Shown here in pieces: positions 29,018-38,226 of a DNA stretch of 64,000 nucleotides. The translations under genes and the position numbers were made by a program. This DNA is from Gemmatimonadota bacterium (GTDB lineage: Bacteria; Gemmatimonadota; Gemmatimonadetes; Palauibacterales; Palauibacteraceae): contig OY762926.1 of NCBI GenBank assembly GCA_963666735.1, forward strand, positions 2,240,001 through 2,304,000, in the 5' to 3' direction. The notes beneath the pieces were generated by a model, which did not search any database, was not told the DNA's origin, and saw only the letters and a program-made list of their open reading frames with translations. Each line of letters begins with the position of its first letter. The stretch's first letter is position 1.

Positions 29018-30346
29018 AAAGGAGAAGCCGGGAGTCGATTCGATCGTGCGGCCATCGTCCGCTCGTCCGGGGAAGGATCCCTGGACCACCCGTCTCGGGA
29101 GCCGCGGATTCATGGACTGGATGATGCCGAGAAATCCGAGTCCCGTCCGCTCGGCGACGGAGTGGGGTAGCACGGACGGATGATCGGGGCCGATGAGGGT
29201 GGCGACGTCGCCGACTTGGACCGTCTTCTCCGGACCGATGTCGAGCATCGTGTGCGCGGAGTTGACCCCTCCGGCGACCGGGTACGGACGGCCGTTAATC
29301 AGCACTTCGCAGGTTCCGTTCGCCCGGGACGGATAGCCATCGGTGCGGCCGACCGGCAGCAGCGCCACCCAGGTGGCCCGGCCGGGCATGAAGGTGCGGT
29401 TGAAGCCCGCGCTGTCGCCCGGCTCGAGGCGTTCGACCCGCACCACCCGCGCGTTCAGGCGGAACACGGGCTTCAGGTCGGCCATTTCCTTCGCACCTTC
29501 GCCGCCGGGGTGGTTCCCGAACAGCGCGTTCCCGGGCCGCACCATGTCGTAGTGCGCCTCGGGCAGGTGGAACAGCTCGAACGACGGTGAAGCGTGAAGG
29601 GTACCGAGCGGGAGGTTCCTCTCACGGGCCCAACCGAGGAGTTCCTCGAAGCGGGCGTACTGCTCCCGGTCGAAATCCAGGTCGTGTGTGAACATGGTGT
29701 AGGTGCCGTTCACGTCGACGTATTCGCTCTGGACGAGTTCCTCGATCCAGCGGCCGGCGCGCGTGTACGGCATTCCCTCCCGGTTCATCCCCGTGTCGAT
29801 GAAGAGCTGGACGGGTACGGGACGGCCCAGGCGCCCGGCCACGCTCCGCAGCCGCGCCGGCGCGTCGTCCAGCCAGACGGACGGGAGCACGTCGTGCCTC
29901 GCCAGCTCCTCGATCTCGTCCTCGGATCCCTCGGCCATAACCACGATGGGTTTGGCCACGCCTTCCTCCCGCATGGCGAGCGCTTCCTCGACGCGCACGG
30001 AGGCGATGCCGCCCACCTGGGGCATTCCGGCGAGGAGCGGCCCGACCGCACGGTCGCCCAGGCCGTACGCGTTGTTCTTCACGACCGCGAGGATGGGGCG
30101 GCCGCCCGCGAGCCGCGCGGCCTCGCGGACGTTGTGGGCCCAGGCGGCGCGGTCGAGTTCGATCCACGGGTCGAAGCGCTGTGGAGTCCAGGTGCGGCCG
30201 GTCGTGGAAGCGGCAGGCAGCCGGCCGGCGCCGGTACCGCGCGTCCTCATAGCTGTGGCGCAGCCGGAAGTTGCGGCGAGACCGAGGGCAGTGCCGGCCA
30301 GGCGGAGGAAGCGGCGGCGCGGGAGAGGGAATAACGGGCGATCCAT
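29000..30346 (-). CDS. Alanine-racemase-fold PLP protein with Tat lipoprotein signal; atypical active site
   Basis: AVVKNNAYGLG, IDTGMNREG, DMVRPG; RRRFL...TSGC signal. Confidence 0.85.
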   Translation of the reverse strand: MDRPLFPLPRRRFLRLAGTALGLAATSGCATAMRTRGTGAGRLPAASTTGRTWTPQRFDPWIELDRAAWAHNVREAARLAGGRPILAVVKNNAYGLGDRAVGPLLAGMPQVGGIASVRVEEALAMREEGVAKPIVVMAEGSEDEIEELARHDVLPSVWLDDAPARLRSVAGRLGRPVPVQLFIDTGMNREGMPYTRAGRWIEELVQSEYVDVNGTYTMFTHDLDFDREQYARFEELLGWARERNLPLGTLHASPSFELFHLPEAHYDMVRPGNALFGNHPGGEGAKEMADLKPVFRLNARVVRVERLEPGDSAGFNRTFMPGRATWVALLPVGRTDGYPSRANGTCEVLINGRPYPVAGGVNSAHTMLDIGPEKTVQVGDVATLIGPDHPSVLPHSVAERTGLGFLGIIQSMNPRLPRRVVQGSFPGRADDGRTIESTPGFSFYEDLR

Positions 30347-30426
30347 GGGCCCTCCGGGCTCAGCGGGGTGGTGCAAGGTTGACCTCCACGTTGCCTTCTT
30401 TTTCCCGAAGACACTACGCTTCGGCC

Positions 30427-30609
30427 ATGAGCACCATCAACATCCCGCTCCCCGCTCGGCTGAAGTCATTTGTCGACGAACAGGTCCGAGACCGCCAGAT
30501 CCTTCGAGGTCTCCTGCTCGAAGGTCGTGAGTCCGCTCCCGACGTCACTGCCGGTCGGGCCTGCTTCGAGACGTTACGCGGCCGGATTCGGCGACACTCC
30601 CCGGAGTGA
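30427..30609 (+). pseudogene. ParD-like RHH antitoxin with internal in-frame deletion
   Basis: MSTINIPLPARLKSFVDEQV joins directly to RDRQILRGLLLEG; the usual GY..SSEYVRELIR helix is absent. Confidence 0.65.
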
Positions 30610-31702
30610 CGCCGGAACCCCCCACGCCGAGGACCGCAGTTCGGCCGACGCGTACCGTCCCGACGTATGTCTGGACGATCCTGGCTTTGGCGGGAGGGCT
30701 GGCCGCGGGCGGGGTCTTCCCCGGGCCGTTGGCGCCGGTGGCGAGCGCCGCGTCGACGCTCATCGCCTGGGTTGTCGCCGTCGTGCCGCTGCTCATTATG
30801 GCGGCCCTCAGTCCGGCCATCGCGACTCTGGTGCGGCGTGGACCGAAGCCGCGGCCATGCTTCGGAGCCTCGGGGAAGGCGGGGCCTCCTGGCCGCTGCT
30901 CGCGATTCTCGCCGGAATCCTGCTCGGAGCCCTCGGCGCCCGGCACCATGCCACCTACCGGGTGCTGCGGCGGGTCGCCGACGCGACCGAGCGGGCAGGC
31001 GGCAGGCTGGCCTACGTCATGCTCCCGCTCATCCTCGCCTTCGGCGTCACCCTGGGCGTGCGCTTCGGTGGGAGTCTGGGGCTCTCCCACTACCTGACGA
31101 TGGCCGCCTATACGGGCGCCCTCGTCCTTGTCTGGTGGGCATTCTACACCTTCGTGCTCGTGCGCGGGATCGGGCGTCGGCCCGTGGGACCCGTCCTGAG
31201 GGAGTACTACGTGCCGACCGCGGTCTTCGCCGCGGGCACCTGTTCGTCGCTCGCAACGCTCCCCGTGAACCTCGCCAACGCGAAGAAGGTCGGCGTCCGC
31301 GACGAGGTGGCCGACTTCGTCCTCCCATTCGGCGCAGTGGCGAACCTCGACGCCAGCGCGCTGGCCTACATCGCGTACGGACCCTTCGTCGTGAGCTATG
31401 TCTTCGGTCTGGAACTGAGCTGGATGATGATGCTTGCCGCCTGGCCGGCCGTCGTCCTGTTCACGATCGCCGCTCCCGGGCTCCCGGCCGGGATGGGGAC
31501 CGCGCTGTGGAGCGCGACGCTGTTCGCGAGCATCCTTAGGCTCGAGGGACAGGCGCAGGGAGAGTTCATCGCGAGCTGGATCGCGCTCTCCGGCGGCATC
31601 CCCGACATGCTGCGCACCGCGACGAACGCGACCGGAGACGGCTACACGGCGATCATCTTCGATGGCCGTTTCGACCGGTTCTTCGCGAGGGACCGTGGCT
31701 GA
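30606..31702 (+). pseudogene. Dicarboxylate/amino acid:cation symporter (SDF family), frameshifted near 30840
   Basis: N-terminal TMs in frame 30606; TCSSLATLPV, LPFGAVANLD, DMLRTATNATGD in frame 30470. Confidence 0.75.
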
Positions 31703-32687
31703 CGGAACCGTGGCCGAGGCGGGTGTGGACCTGTCCCCCGGTGCGCGGCGGCTCGTGCGCGTGAACGGGCGCGTCCAGCCCGGCGAGATCGTCGTCGTCG
31801 TGACCGATCCGACGATGGGGCGGTACGCGGAGGCCGTCGCCTCGGCCGCTCGCGAGGCCGGAGCCGCCGTCACCGTATGCATCATCCCGCTGCGCGAGCA
31901 GGACGGACAGGAACCACCGCCGCCCGTCGGGCGCGCCATGGCCAAGGCGGCCGTCATTTTCTCGCCCGTGCGGGTCTCGATCACCCACACGCGGGCCATG
32001 CGGACCGCGCTCGAGGCGGGGGCGCGCGTGTGCATGATGACGGCCTACACCGACGCGATCATGACCAGCCCCGCCCTGCTCGAGACGGACTTCGAGGCGC
32101 AGGCCGACGTCTGCCGGCGCCTGGGCGCGGCGTTCACGAGGGGGGAGTCGGTGCGCCTCACCTCCCCGCGCGGCACCGATCTTCGCTTCGGGATCGCGGG
32201 TCGCGTCGCCAACGTGCTGACGAACATCCCGAACCCCGGAGAACTGGCCCCGGTCCCCGACATCGAGGTCAACGTCGTGCCCGTCACGGGTTCGGCCGCG
32301 GGCACGCTGATCATGGACGCCTCGGTCCCCTATCTGGGCATCGGGATACTTGAGGAACCCATCGTCTGCGCGGTCCGCGACGGAGCGATCGTCGACATGA
32401 CCGGCGGCGCGCAGGCCGACTTCCTCCGCAAGCGCCTGGAGTCTTTCGGAGACCCTCACTGCTTCAACGTGGCGGAACTGGGGGTCGGCCTGAACCCGAA
32501 CGCCCGCCTCACCGGAGAGATGCTCGAGGACGAGGGCGTCATGGGCACGATCCACATCGGCATCGGAACCAGCTACACTCTCGGCGGCGAGATCGTGGCC
32601 CCGATGCACTACGACCTGCTCATGTGGGCACCCACGATCGCCGTCGACGGCCGCATCGTGCAGCGAGACAGGCAGGTGTTGGTATGA
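31695..32687 (+). CDS. M29/aminopeptidase-T-like metalloenzyme, paralog 1
   Basis: SPRGTDLRF, PDIE, AELGVGLN, EDEG, HIGIGTSY, HYD. Confidence 0.8.
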   Translation: MADGTVAEAGVDLSPGARRLVRVNGRVQPGEIVVVVTDPTMGRYAEAVASAAREAGAAVTVCIIPLREQDGQEPPPPVGRAMAKAAVIFSPVRVSITHTRAMRTALEAGARVCMMTAYTDAIMTSPALLETDFEAQADVCRRLGAAFTRGESVRLTSPRGTDLRFGIAGRVANVLTNIPNPGELAPVPDIEVNVVPVTGSAAGTLIMDASVPYLGIGILEEPIVCAVRDGAIVDMTGGAQADFLRKRLESFGDPHCFNVAELGVGLNPNARLTGEMLEDEGVMGTIHIGIGTSYTLGGEIVAPMHYDLLMWAPTIAVDGRIVQRDRQVLV

Positions 32688-32712
32688 GACCCGGATGAGA
32701 CGCCCATGAGAG
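32684..32712 (+). repeat. Three ATGAGA units at 11-bp period forming two tetrapeptide mini-ORFs (MRPG, MRRP)
   Basis: ATGs at 32684, 32695 and 32706, each overlapping the preceding TGA. Confidence 0.85.
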
Positions 32713-33686
32713 AGGGTGCGGAGATCCTCGTGCAGACGTGCGCAAGCGTTCAAGCGAGGGAGGACGTGGTCATCGTCACGGACCCCGAGAGGATGTCGAT
32801 CGCCCGGGCCGTCGCCGATGCCGTACTCGAAGCCCGAGGCGTCCCGAGCATCGTGCTGCCGCCGGAGCGCTCAATCGACAACGAAGAGCCCGGAGCCGCG
32901 GTGGCCGCGGCGCTCTCGGCCGCCGACGTCGTCTTTCTGCCCGTGACCCTGGCGCTGGCGCACACCCGCGCGGTCCGCGAGGCGATCGGCCACGGAGCCC
33001 GAGTTCTCTCGATGACCGCGTTCACCGGCCGGATGATGCGCAAAGGCGGGCTGTTCACGGACTTCCGCGCGCGCAAACCGCTATGCGACACCCTCGCGGC
33101 GAAGCTCACCGCCGGCGAACGCCTCCGCGTGACGAACCCCGCCGGGACCGATCTCACCATGAGCCTCGCGGGCGTGACCGGGAACAGCCACGCCTGCCTG
33201 CTGGACGGCCCCGGATTCTCCGCCGTCCCCAACATCGAAGCCAACTGCGCCCCCGCGCAGGGCACCGCCGAGGGCGTGTTCGTTTGCGACGGGAGCATCC
33301 CCTACTACGGTGTGGGACCTATCCGCGAACCCGTGACCTTCCGCATCTCGAAGGGCTTCGTGACCGACATCGAGGGCGGCGGCCAGGCCGAATTCCTCGC
33401 CGAGCTACTGGCCCGGCAGGATGACCCCTGGGTCTACAATCTGGCCCAGTTCGCCTTCGGCCTGAACCCCGCCTGCACCGAGTTCACGGGCGAGATGCTC
33501 AACGACGAGGGCGTGAACGGCACCGTCCACATCGGCATAGGCACCTCCGCCAACCTCGGCGGCAACGTGTCCGCCAAGACCCACTTCGACGCCGTCGCCC
33601 GCGCCCCAACCGTGTGGATCGACCAGGCAGTGGTACTCGCAAGGCGGCAGCTCCTGGATAGCGATTCACCCTTAGAGGACGGATGA
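32706..33686 (+). CDS. M29/aminopeptidase-T-like protein, paralog 2
   Basis: NPAGTDL, PNIE, AQFAFGLN, NDEG, HIGIGTSA, HFD. Confidence 0.8.
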   Translation: MREGAEILVQTCASVQAREDVVIVTDPERMSIARAVADAVLEARGVPSIVLPPERSIDNEEPGAAVAAALSAADVVFLPVTLALAHTRAVREAIGHGARVLSMTAFTGRMMRKGGLFTDFRARKPLCDTLAAKLTAGERLRVTNPAGTDLTMSLAGVTGNSHACLLDGPGFSAVPNIEANCAPAQGTAEGVFVCDGSIPYYGVGPIREPVTFRISKGFVTDIEGGGQAEFLAELLARQDDPWVYNLAQFAFGLNPACTEFTGEMLNDEGVNGTVHIGIGTSANLGGNVSAKTHFDAVARAPTVWIDQAVVLARRQLLDSDSPLEDG

Positions 33687-33782
33687 CCACTCGGATTCTT
33701 CCCCAAGAGCGCGCGCCTTTCCGCGAGGTCTCAACCGTGCGATTGTATCCAGCTTCTGAGTAACTCTAACGCACCGGGCTGC

Positions 33783-34946
33783 ATGCGATACATCGGCAAC
33801 AAGACAAAGCTGCTGCGCTTCATTGCCTCCTACCTCGATGAGCTTGACTTCCAGGGCGGACGCGCACTCGATGCGTTCGCCGGGACCACCGCTGTGGCCC
33901 GGCTACTAAAGGCCCGTGGGTTTGCCGTCGAAACCTGCGACATCATGAATCTCAGCTACGTGTTCCAACGGGCTTATGTCGTCGCGGACGAACACCCACA
34001 GTTCCCCGGCCTCGCAGAGGACCCCGACCTCCGCACTGCCAGGCTCAATCCTGAGTTTCGAGCCCACGTTGAGACTCGTTTTGGAGGGCAGCGCGACCTT
34101 TTCGGGAGTCTTGCGGACCTACAGCCCTTGGAGGAGACCCTCGTTTATCTGGACACCTATCTCGAACCGTTATCGTCGTTCATCAACGGGAACTTCGCCG
34201 CTTCCGAGTCACCGGCCGAGGGTCAGCGCATGTACTTTTCGCGACGGAACGCCCAGCAGATCGACGCTATTCGACACAAGCTCCACGATTGGCGTTCCGG
34301 CGGCCTCGTCACGGATGACGAATTCTTCATCCTTCTCACCGCCTTACTGGAAGCGGCTGACTCTGTTGCGAACACGGCTGGCGTTTACGCCGCTTTTGTG
34401 AAGGCCTGGCAGAGCAATGCGATAAAGCCGCTTCGCCTCAACGCGCCCGATATCATGGTGGGAACGGGGCTGAAGTGCTCTGCACACCGTGGTGACGTCG
34501 TGGAGCTCGTAGGCGATCTTGGGCTTCTGGATCTACTCTATCTCGATCCACCATATAACACGAGACAGTACAGTGCATACTATCATGTCCCCGAGTTGAT
34601 CGCCGAAGGCTGGTTCGGCGCTGAACTGCCGACCCTTAGGGGCAAGACAGGATTGATCGAGGACTCGCACAAGAAGTCGGAGTGGTCAACGCGCGACGGC
34701 TGTGTTCCAGCTCTGGAGCAGCTTCTAGGGGCGGTCGACGCGACTCATGTGCTTATGAGCTACAACAACGAGGGCATCATCCCCGAAAAGGAGATCGAAA
34801 GGTGTTTCAGACATTATGGCGTTCCCTCAACGTATCGTCGAGTAGGGAAGGAATACAAGCGATATCGAGCCGATCGCGACAGTGAGACTCGCAAGTATTC
34901 CGGTGATCACGTGACTGAATTTCTCTACTACGTGAGATTGAGATAG
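33783..34946 (+). CDS. Orphan N6-adenine DNA methyltransferase, D12 class (M.NlaIII/M.HpyI-like)
   Basis: MRYIGNK, DAFAGT, ADSVANTAGVYAAF, YLDPPYN.RQY, SYNNEG; lower GC. Confidence 0.9.
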   Translation: MRYIGNKTKLLRFIASYLDELDFQGGRALDAFAGTTAVARLLKARGFAVETCDIMNLSYVFQRAYVVADEHPQFPGLAEDPDLRTARLNPEFRAHVETRFGGQRDLFGSLADLQPLEETLVYLDTYLEPLSSFINGNFAASESPAEGQRMYFSRRNAQQIDAIRHKLHDWRSGGLVTDDEFFILLTALLEAADSVANTAGVYAAFVKAWQSNAIKPLRLNAPDIMVGTGLKCSAHRGDVVELVGDLGLLDLLYLDPPYNTRQYSAYYHVPELIAEGWFGAELPTLRGKTGLIEDSHKKSEWSTRDGCVPALEQLLGAVDATHVLMSYNNEGIIPEKEIERCFRHYGVPSTYRRVGKEYKRYRADRDSETRKYSGDHVTEFLYYVRLR

Positions 34947-35239
34947 TACACAGCTGGTACGCCCTCCGTGGATGTTCCTATCATCACATGTTGATCCACC
35001 ACCACGACCCTCCCTTCGAGTTCGTACGGGACGAATTTGCGTTTCGCACCGCAGACGGAGGGATCGCGTTGAAGATAGTTCGGCGTTTGGAGCCTCATCT
35101 TGAGATCCATAGCTGAGCTAGCAATGGGGTGGGCGCGTGGGGGTCGGAGTGTACAAGGCTGCCACCCGACGCCGCCGATGTCAGCGCTTCAGCCTGCGGT
35201 TTTCCCCTCCTTCCCGGTTGATTTCTTCCAGATCCTTCC

Positions 35240-35722
35240 GACGCATCCCGTAGGCACCGATCTGGCCATGCGCCTACCAGGGTGTGACCGTGAACAGCCA
35301 AGCCTGCCTGTTGGACGGCCCCGGATTCTCCGCCGTCCCCAACATCGAAGCCAACTGCGCCCCCGCGCAGGGCGCCGCCGAAGGGGCGTTCGTCTGCGAC
35401 GGGAGCATCCCCTATTACGGGGGGAGGCGGTCCGCGAACCCGTGACCTTCCGCATCTCGAAGGGCTTCGTGACCGACATCGAGGGCGGCGACCAGGCCGA
35501 TTTCCTCGGCGAGCTACTGGCCCGGCAGGACGATAGTTGACGGGCGAGATGCTCAACGACGAGGGCGTGAACGGCACCGTCCACATCGGCATCGGCACCT
35601 TTGCCAACCTCGGCGGCAACGTGTTCGCCAAGACCCACTTCGACGCCGTCGCCCGCGCCCCAACCGTGTGGATCGACGAGGAGACCGTGCTCCGTGACGC
35701 GGAGATCCTCGTCAACCGCTGA
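35240..35722 (+). pseudogene. Degenerate duplicate of the 3' half of M29 paralog 2
   Basis: Near-identical to 33131-33623 with indels and a ~55-nt deletion; ends WIDEETVLRDAEILVNR*. Confidence 0.9.
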
Positions 35723-35735
35723 ACCGATCCGTTGC

Positions 35736-36674
35736 TCACAAGTCCTGGACGATTTCCCGCATGCGGCGCTTCGTTGCGTCGTCCGGCAGGCGGCCGAAGG
35801 CGGTCCCGATGTTCTCCGCCATGTGGTTCGGGTTCGTCGTCTCCGTGAGAACGCAGGTCACGGCGGGATGGGCGAGGATGTACTTGAGCGAGAACTGCGC
35901 CCAGCTCTCGCAGTCGAACTCGGATGCCCATTCGGGCAACTCGCGTCCGCTTACGCGGCCGAAGTACGTGCCGTTCATGAACGGGCGGTTGATGAGGACG
36001 CCCAGCCCGAGGTCCTGGGCGAGCGGGAGGAGGCGGTCCTCCGCGTTCGGCTCCATCACCGAGTAGTTGACCTGCACGAAGTCGAGCGGCTCTGACCGCA
36101 CGAACGCCTCGAACGCGTCGTGCTGGCCGATGTTTGAGGTGGTGACGCCGATGTAGCGCGCCTCCCCCGAGTCCTTCCAGTGGCGCACGTTCGGCCAGTG
36201 CACGTCCAGATCGCGCATGCTCTCGACCTCGAGCAGATCCAGGGTGCGGCTGCCGACGAGCCGCTGGTTCTGCCGCATCTGTTCGATGCCCGACGCTTCC
36301 CCGTCCGTGTTGACCTTCGTCGCGACGAAGAGCCGGCCGCTGAACTCCGGCGCCGTCAGGACCTCGCCGAACTCCGCGTCGACTTCCGGCGTGCGCGGGG
36401 AGGTGTCGACGACCCGGCCTCCGTGCTCGAGGAGCACCCGGATCACACCGGCCACGGGCTCCGTCCCTTCGGTCGGGATCTCGAGCACGGGCTTCGAGGA
36501 GCCGAAACCGACGATGGGCAGCGCCTCCTCCGTTCCCGGTATCGAGCGCGCGGGGAGCATCTCCTGGGCCGACAGCGTCCGCCCCAGCAGCCGGGCCGGG
36601 GAGGCAAGCGCGGCGCCGAGGCCGGCCAAACTGAACAGAAAATCGCGGCGGGTCGTGTCACTCGGGGTCGCCAT
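35736..36674 (-). CDS. Aldo/keto reductase with Tat signal
   Basis: TRRDFLFS signal; VGFGS, VDTSP, FVATKV, QVNYS, LINRPF. Confidence 0.85.
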   Translation of the reverse strand: MATPSDTTRRDFLFSLAGLGAALASPARLLGRTLSAQEMLPARSIPGTEEALPIVGFGSSKPVLEIPTEGTEPVAGVIRVLLEHGGRVVDTSPRTPEVDAEFGEVLTAPEFSGRLFVATKVNTDGEASGIEQMRQNQRLVGSRTLDLLEVESMRDLDVHWPNVRHWKDSGEARYIGVTTSNIGQHDAFEAFVRSEPLDFVQVNYSVMEPNAEDRLLPLAQDLGLGVLINRPFMNGTYFGRVSGRELPEWASEFDCESWAQFSLKYILAHPAVTCVLTETTNPNHMAENIGTAFGRLPDDATKRRMREIVQDL

Positions 36675-36686
36675 TGGAACCTTCCT

Positions 36687-36974
36687 TCACCGATTGCTCG
36701 GAGACGCCGTGATCAAAGGCCCCAGCGCCCCCACGGGGATCACGCTCACGCCATCCTCCCGGGTGTAACCATACCCGCTGCTCACGATCACGCCCAGCGC
36801 GGACGGTTCTCCCATGCGTTCCGGATCGACCCTTTCCGCCAACCGCAGCAGGTTGTCCGCAGCCTCATCCGCCCTTCCCTCGCCGAGCCTGACCTCGAAC
36901 GCGGCCCAGCGACCGTCGTTGCTCTGCACGACCGGGTCCACCTCCAGGCCGCTTTTCTCCCGGTAGTGGAACAC
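36687..36974 (-). pseudogene. C-terminal remnant of an AAA_14/DUF4143 protein
   Basis: FHYREKSGLEVD....DGRWAAFEV.LG; no ATPase part upstream. Confidence 0.75.
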
Positions 36975-37006
36975 TTCGGCGGTTTATCGGGACCTCAACA
37001 ACCTGA

Positions 37007-37033
37007 CAAATCTTACATTGCGCATTAGATTTG
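37007..37033. promoter_or_regulatory. Inverted repeat CAAATCT-N13-AGATTTG immediately before the DUF4143 ATPase start
   Basis: AT-rich palindrome ending 1 nt before ATG 37035. Confidence 0.55.
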
Positions 37034-37034
37034 C

Positions 37035-38219
37035 ATGGTTATGCGGCGAATGATCCCACGCGAGAGCAAGTTGCGGGTAGAGCGCCTGCTGGCGCGGGCC
37101 CCGGCTGTTGTGCTAACCGGCCCGCGGCAGGCGGGCAAGACAACCCTGTCCCTCGATATCGCGCGCGAGCGGGGCGCCGTCTACCTCGACCTGGAGCGCC
37201 CCTCGGATCGGGCCAAGCTGGCCGATGTCGACGCGTACTGCCGCCGGAACGCCGAGCGGCTGGTCGTCTTCGACGAGATTCAGCGGGTACCGGGTCTCTT
37301 CGAACCGCTCCGCGGCGTCATCGACCGGCGGCGCCGGGACGGCCGCCGCACGGGTCACTTTCTCTTCCTCGGCTCGGCCTCCATTGACCTGCTCCGGCAG
37401 TCCGGCGAGACCCTTGCCGGCCGTGTGGCGTACTGCGAAATGACCTCGCTGAATGTGGGGGAGGTTGGGGCGGAGCGTCTCGATGACCTGTGGTCTCGCG
37501 GCGGGTTTCCGGACAGCCTGCAGGCGGGACGGGACGCGGACAGCTTCGAGTGGCGGCTCGATTTCATTCAGACCTATCTCGAGCGCGACATTCCGGCCCT
37601 GGGCCCGCGGATCCCGGGTGAGACGCTGCGGCGCTTCTGGACGATGCTCGCCCACAACCAGGGACAGACGTTCAATGCCGCCCGCCTGGCCAAGTCTCTG
37701 AGTCTCAGCGGCGTGACCGTCGCCCGCTACCTGGACCTGATGGTCGACCTGTTGCTGGTGAGGCGGCTGGTCTCATGGCGGGGGAATCCGGGCCGGCGAC
37801 TCGTGAAGGCGCCCAAGACGTACCTGCGGGACAGCGGAATCTGTCACGCTCTGCTCGGAATCGAATCGCTGGACTCTCTCCTGGGACATCCCGTGGCCGG
37901 GAGCAGCTGGGAAGGGTTGGTGATCGAGAACATCGCGAGCGCACTCCCGGCGCACGCCTCGCTCGGCTACTACCGGACCGTGGGCGGAGCGGAGGTCGAT
38001 CTCGTCATCGAGCTCGGTGCAGGTGAGATCTGGGCGGTGGAGATCAAGCGAAGTACCGCACCCAGGGTCTCGCGTGGTTTCCACAGCGCCTGTGAGGACC
38101 TGCGGCCGGACCGCAAGCTCGTCGTCTACCCCGGTCGCGAGAGGTTCTCTCTCGGCCGGGGCATCGAAGCTGTCCCGCTGAGCGAAGTCCGCACGGCATC
38201 AATACGGCGGCACGAATAA
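37035..38219 (+). CDS. AAA_14 ATPase with DUF4143 (PD-(D/E)XK) C-terminus
   Basis: GPRQAGKTT, FDEIQ, LGSAS, LAGR, RGGFP, EVDLV..AVEIK. Confidence 0.92.
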   Translation: MVMRRMIPRESKLRVERLLARAPAVVLTGPRQAGKTTLSLDIARERGAVYLDLERPSDRAKLADVDAYCRRNAERLVVFDEIQRVPGLFEPLRGVIDRRRRDGRRTGHFLFLGSASIDLLRQSGETLAGRVAYCEMTSLNVGEVGAERLDDLWSRGGFPDSLQAGRDADSFEWRLDFIQTYLERDIPALGPRIPGETLRRFWTMLAHNQGQTFNAARLAKSLSLSGVTVARYLDLMVDLLLVRRLVSWRGNPGRRLVKAPKTYLRDSGICHALLGIESLDSLLGHPVAGSSWEGLVIENIASALPAHASLGYYRTVGGAEVDLVIELGAGEIWAVEIKRSTAPRVSRGFHSACEDLRPDRKLVVYPGRERFSLGRGIEAVPLSEVRTASIRRHE

Positions 38220-38226
38220 CATATGT

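Noticed and set aside
34928..35110. Cognate restriction endonuclease for the methyltransferase
   Set aside because: Only 60 aa with no recognisable HNH or PD-(D/E)XK motif; at most a remnant.
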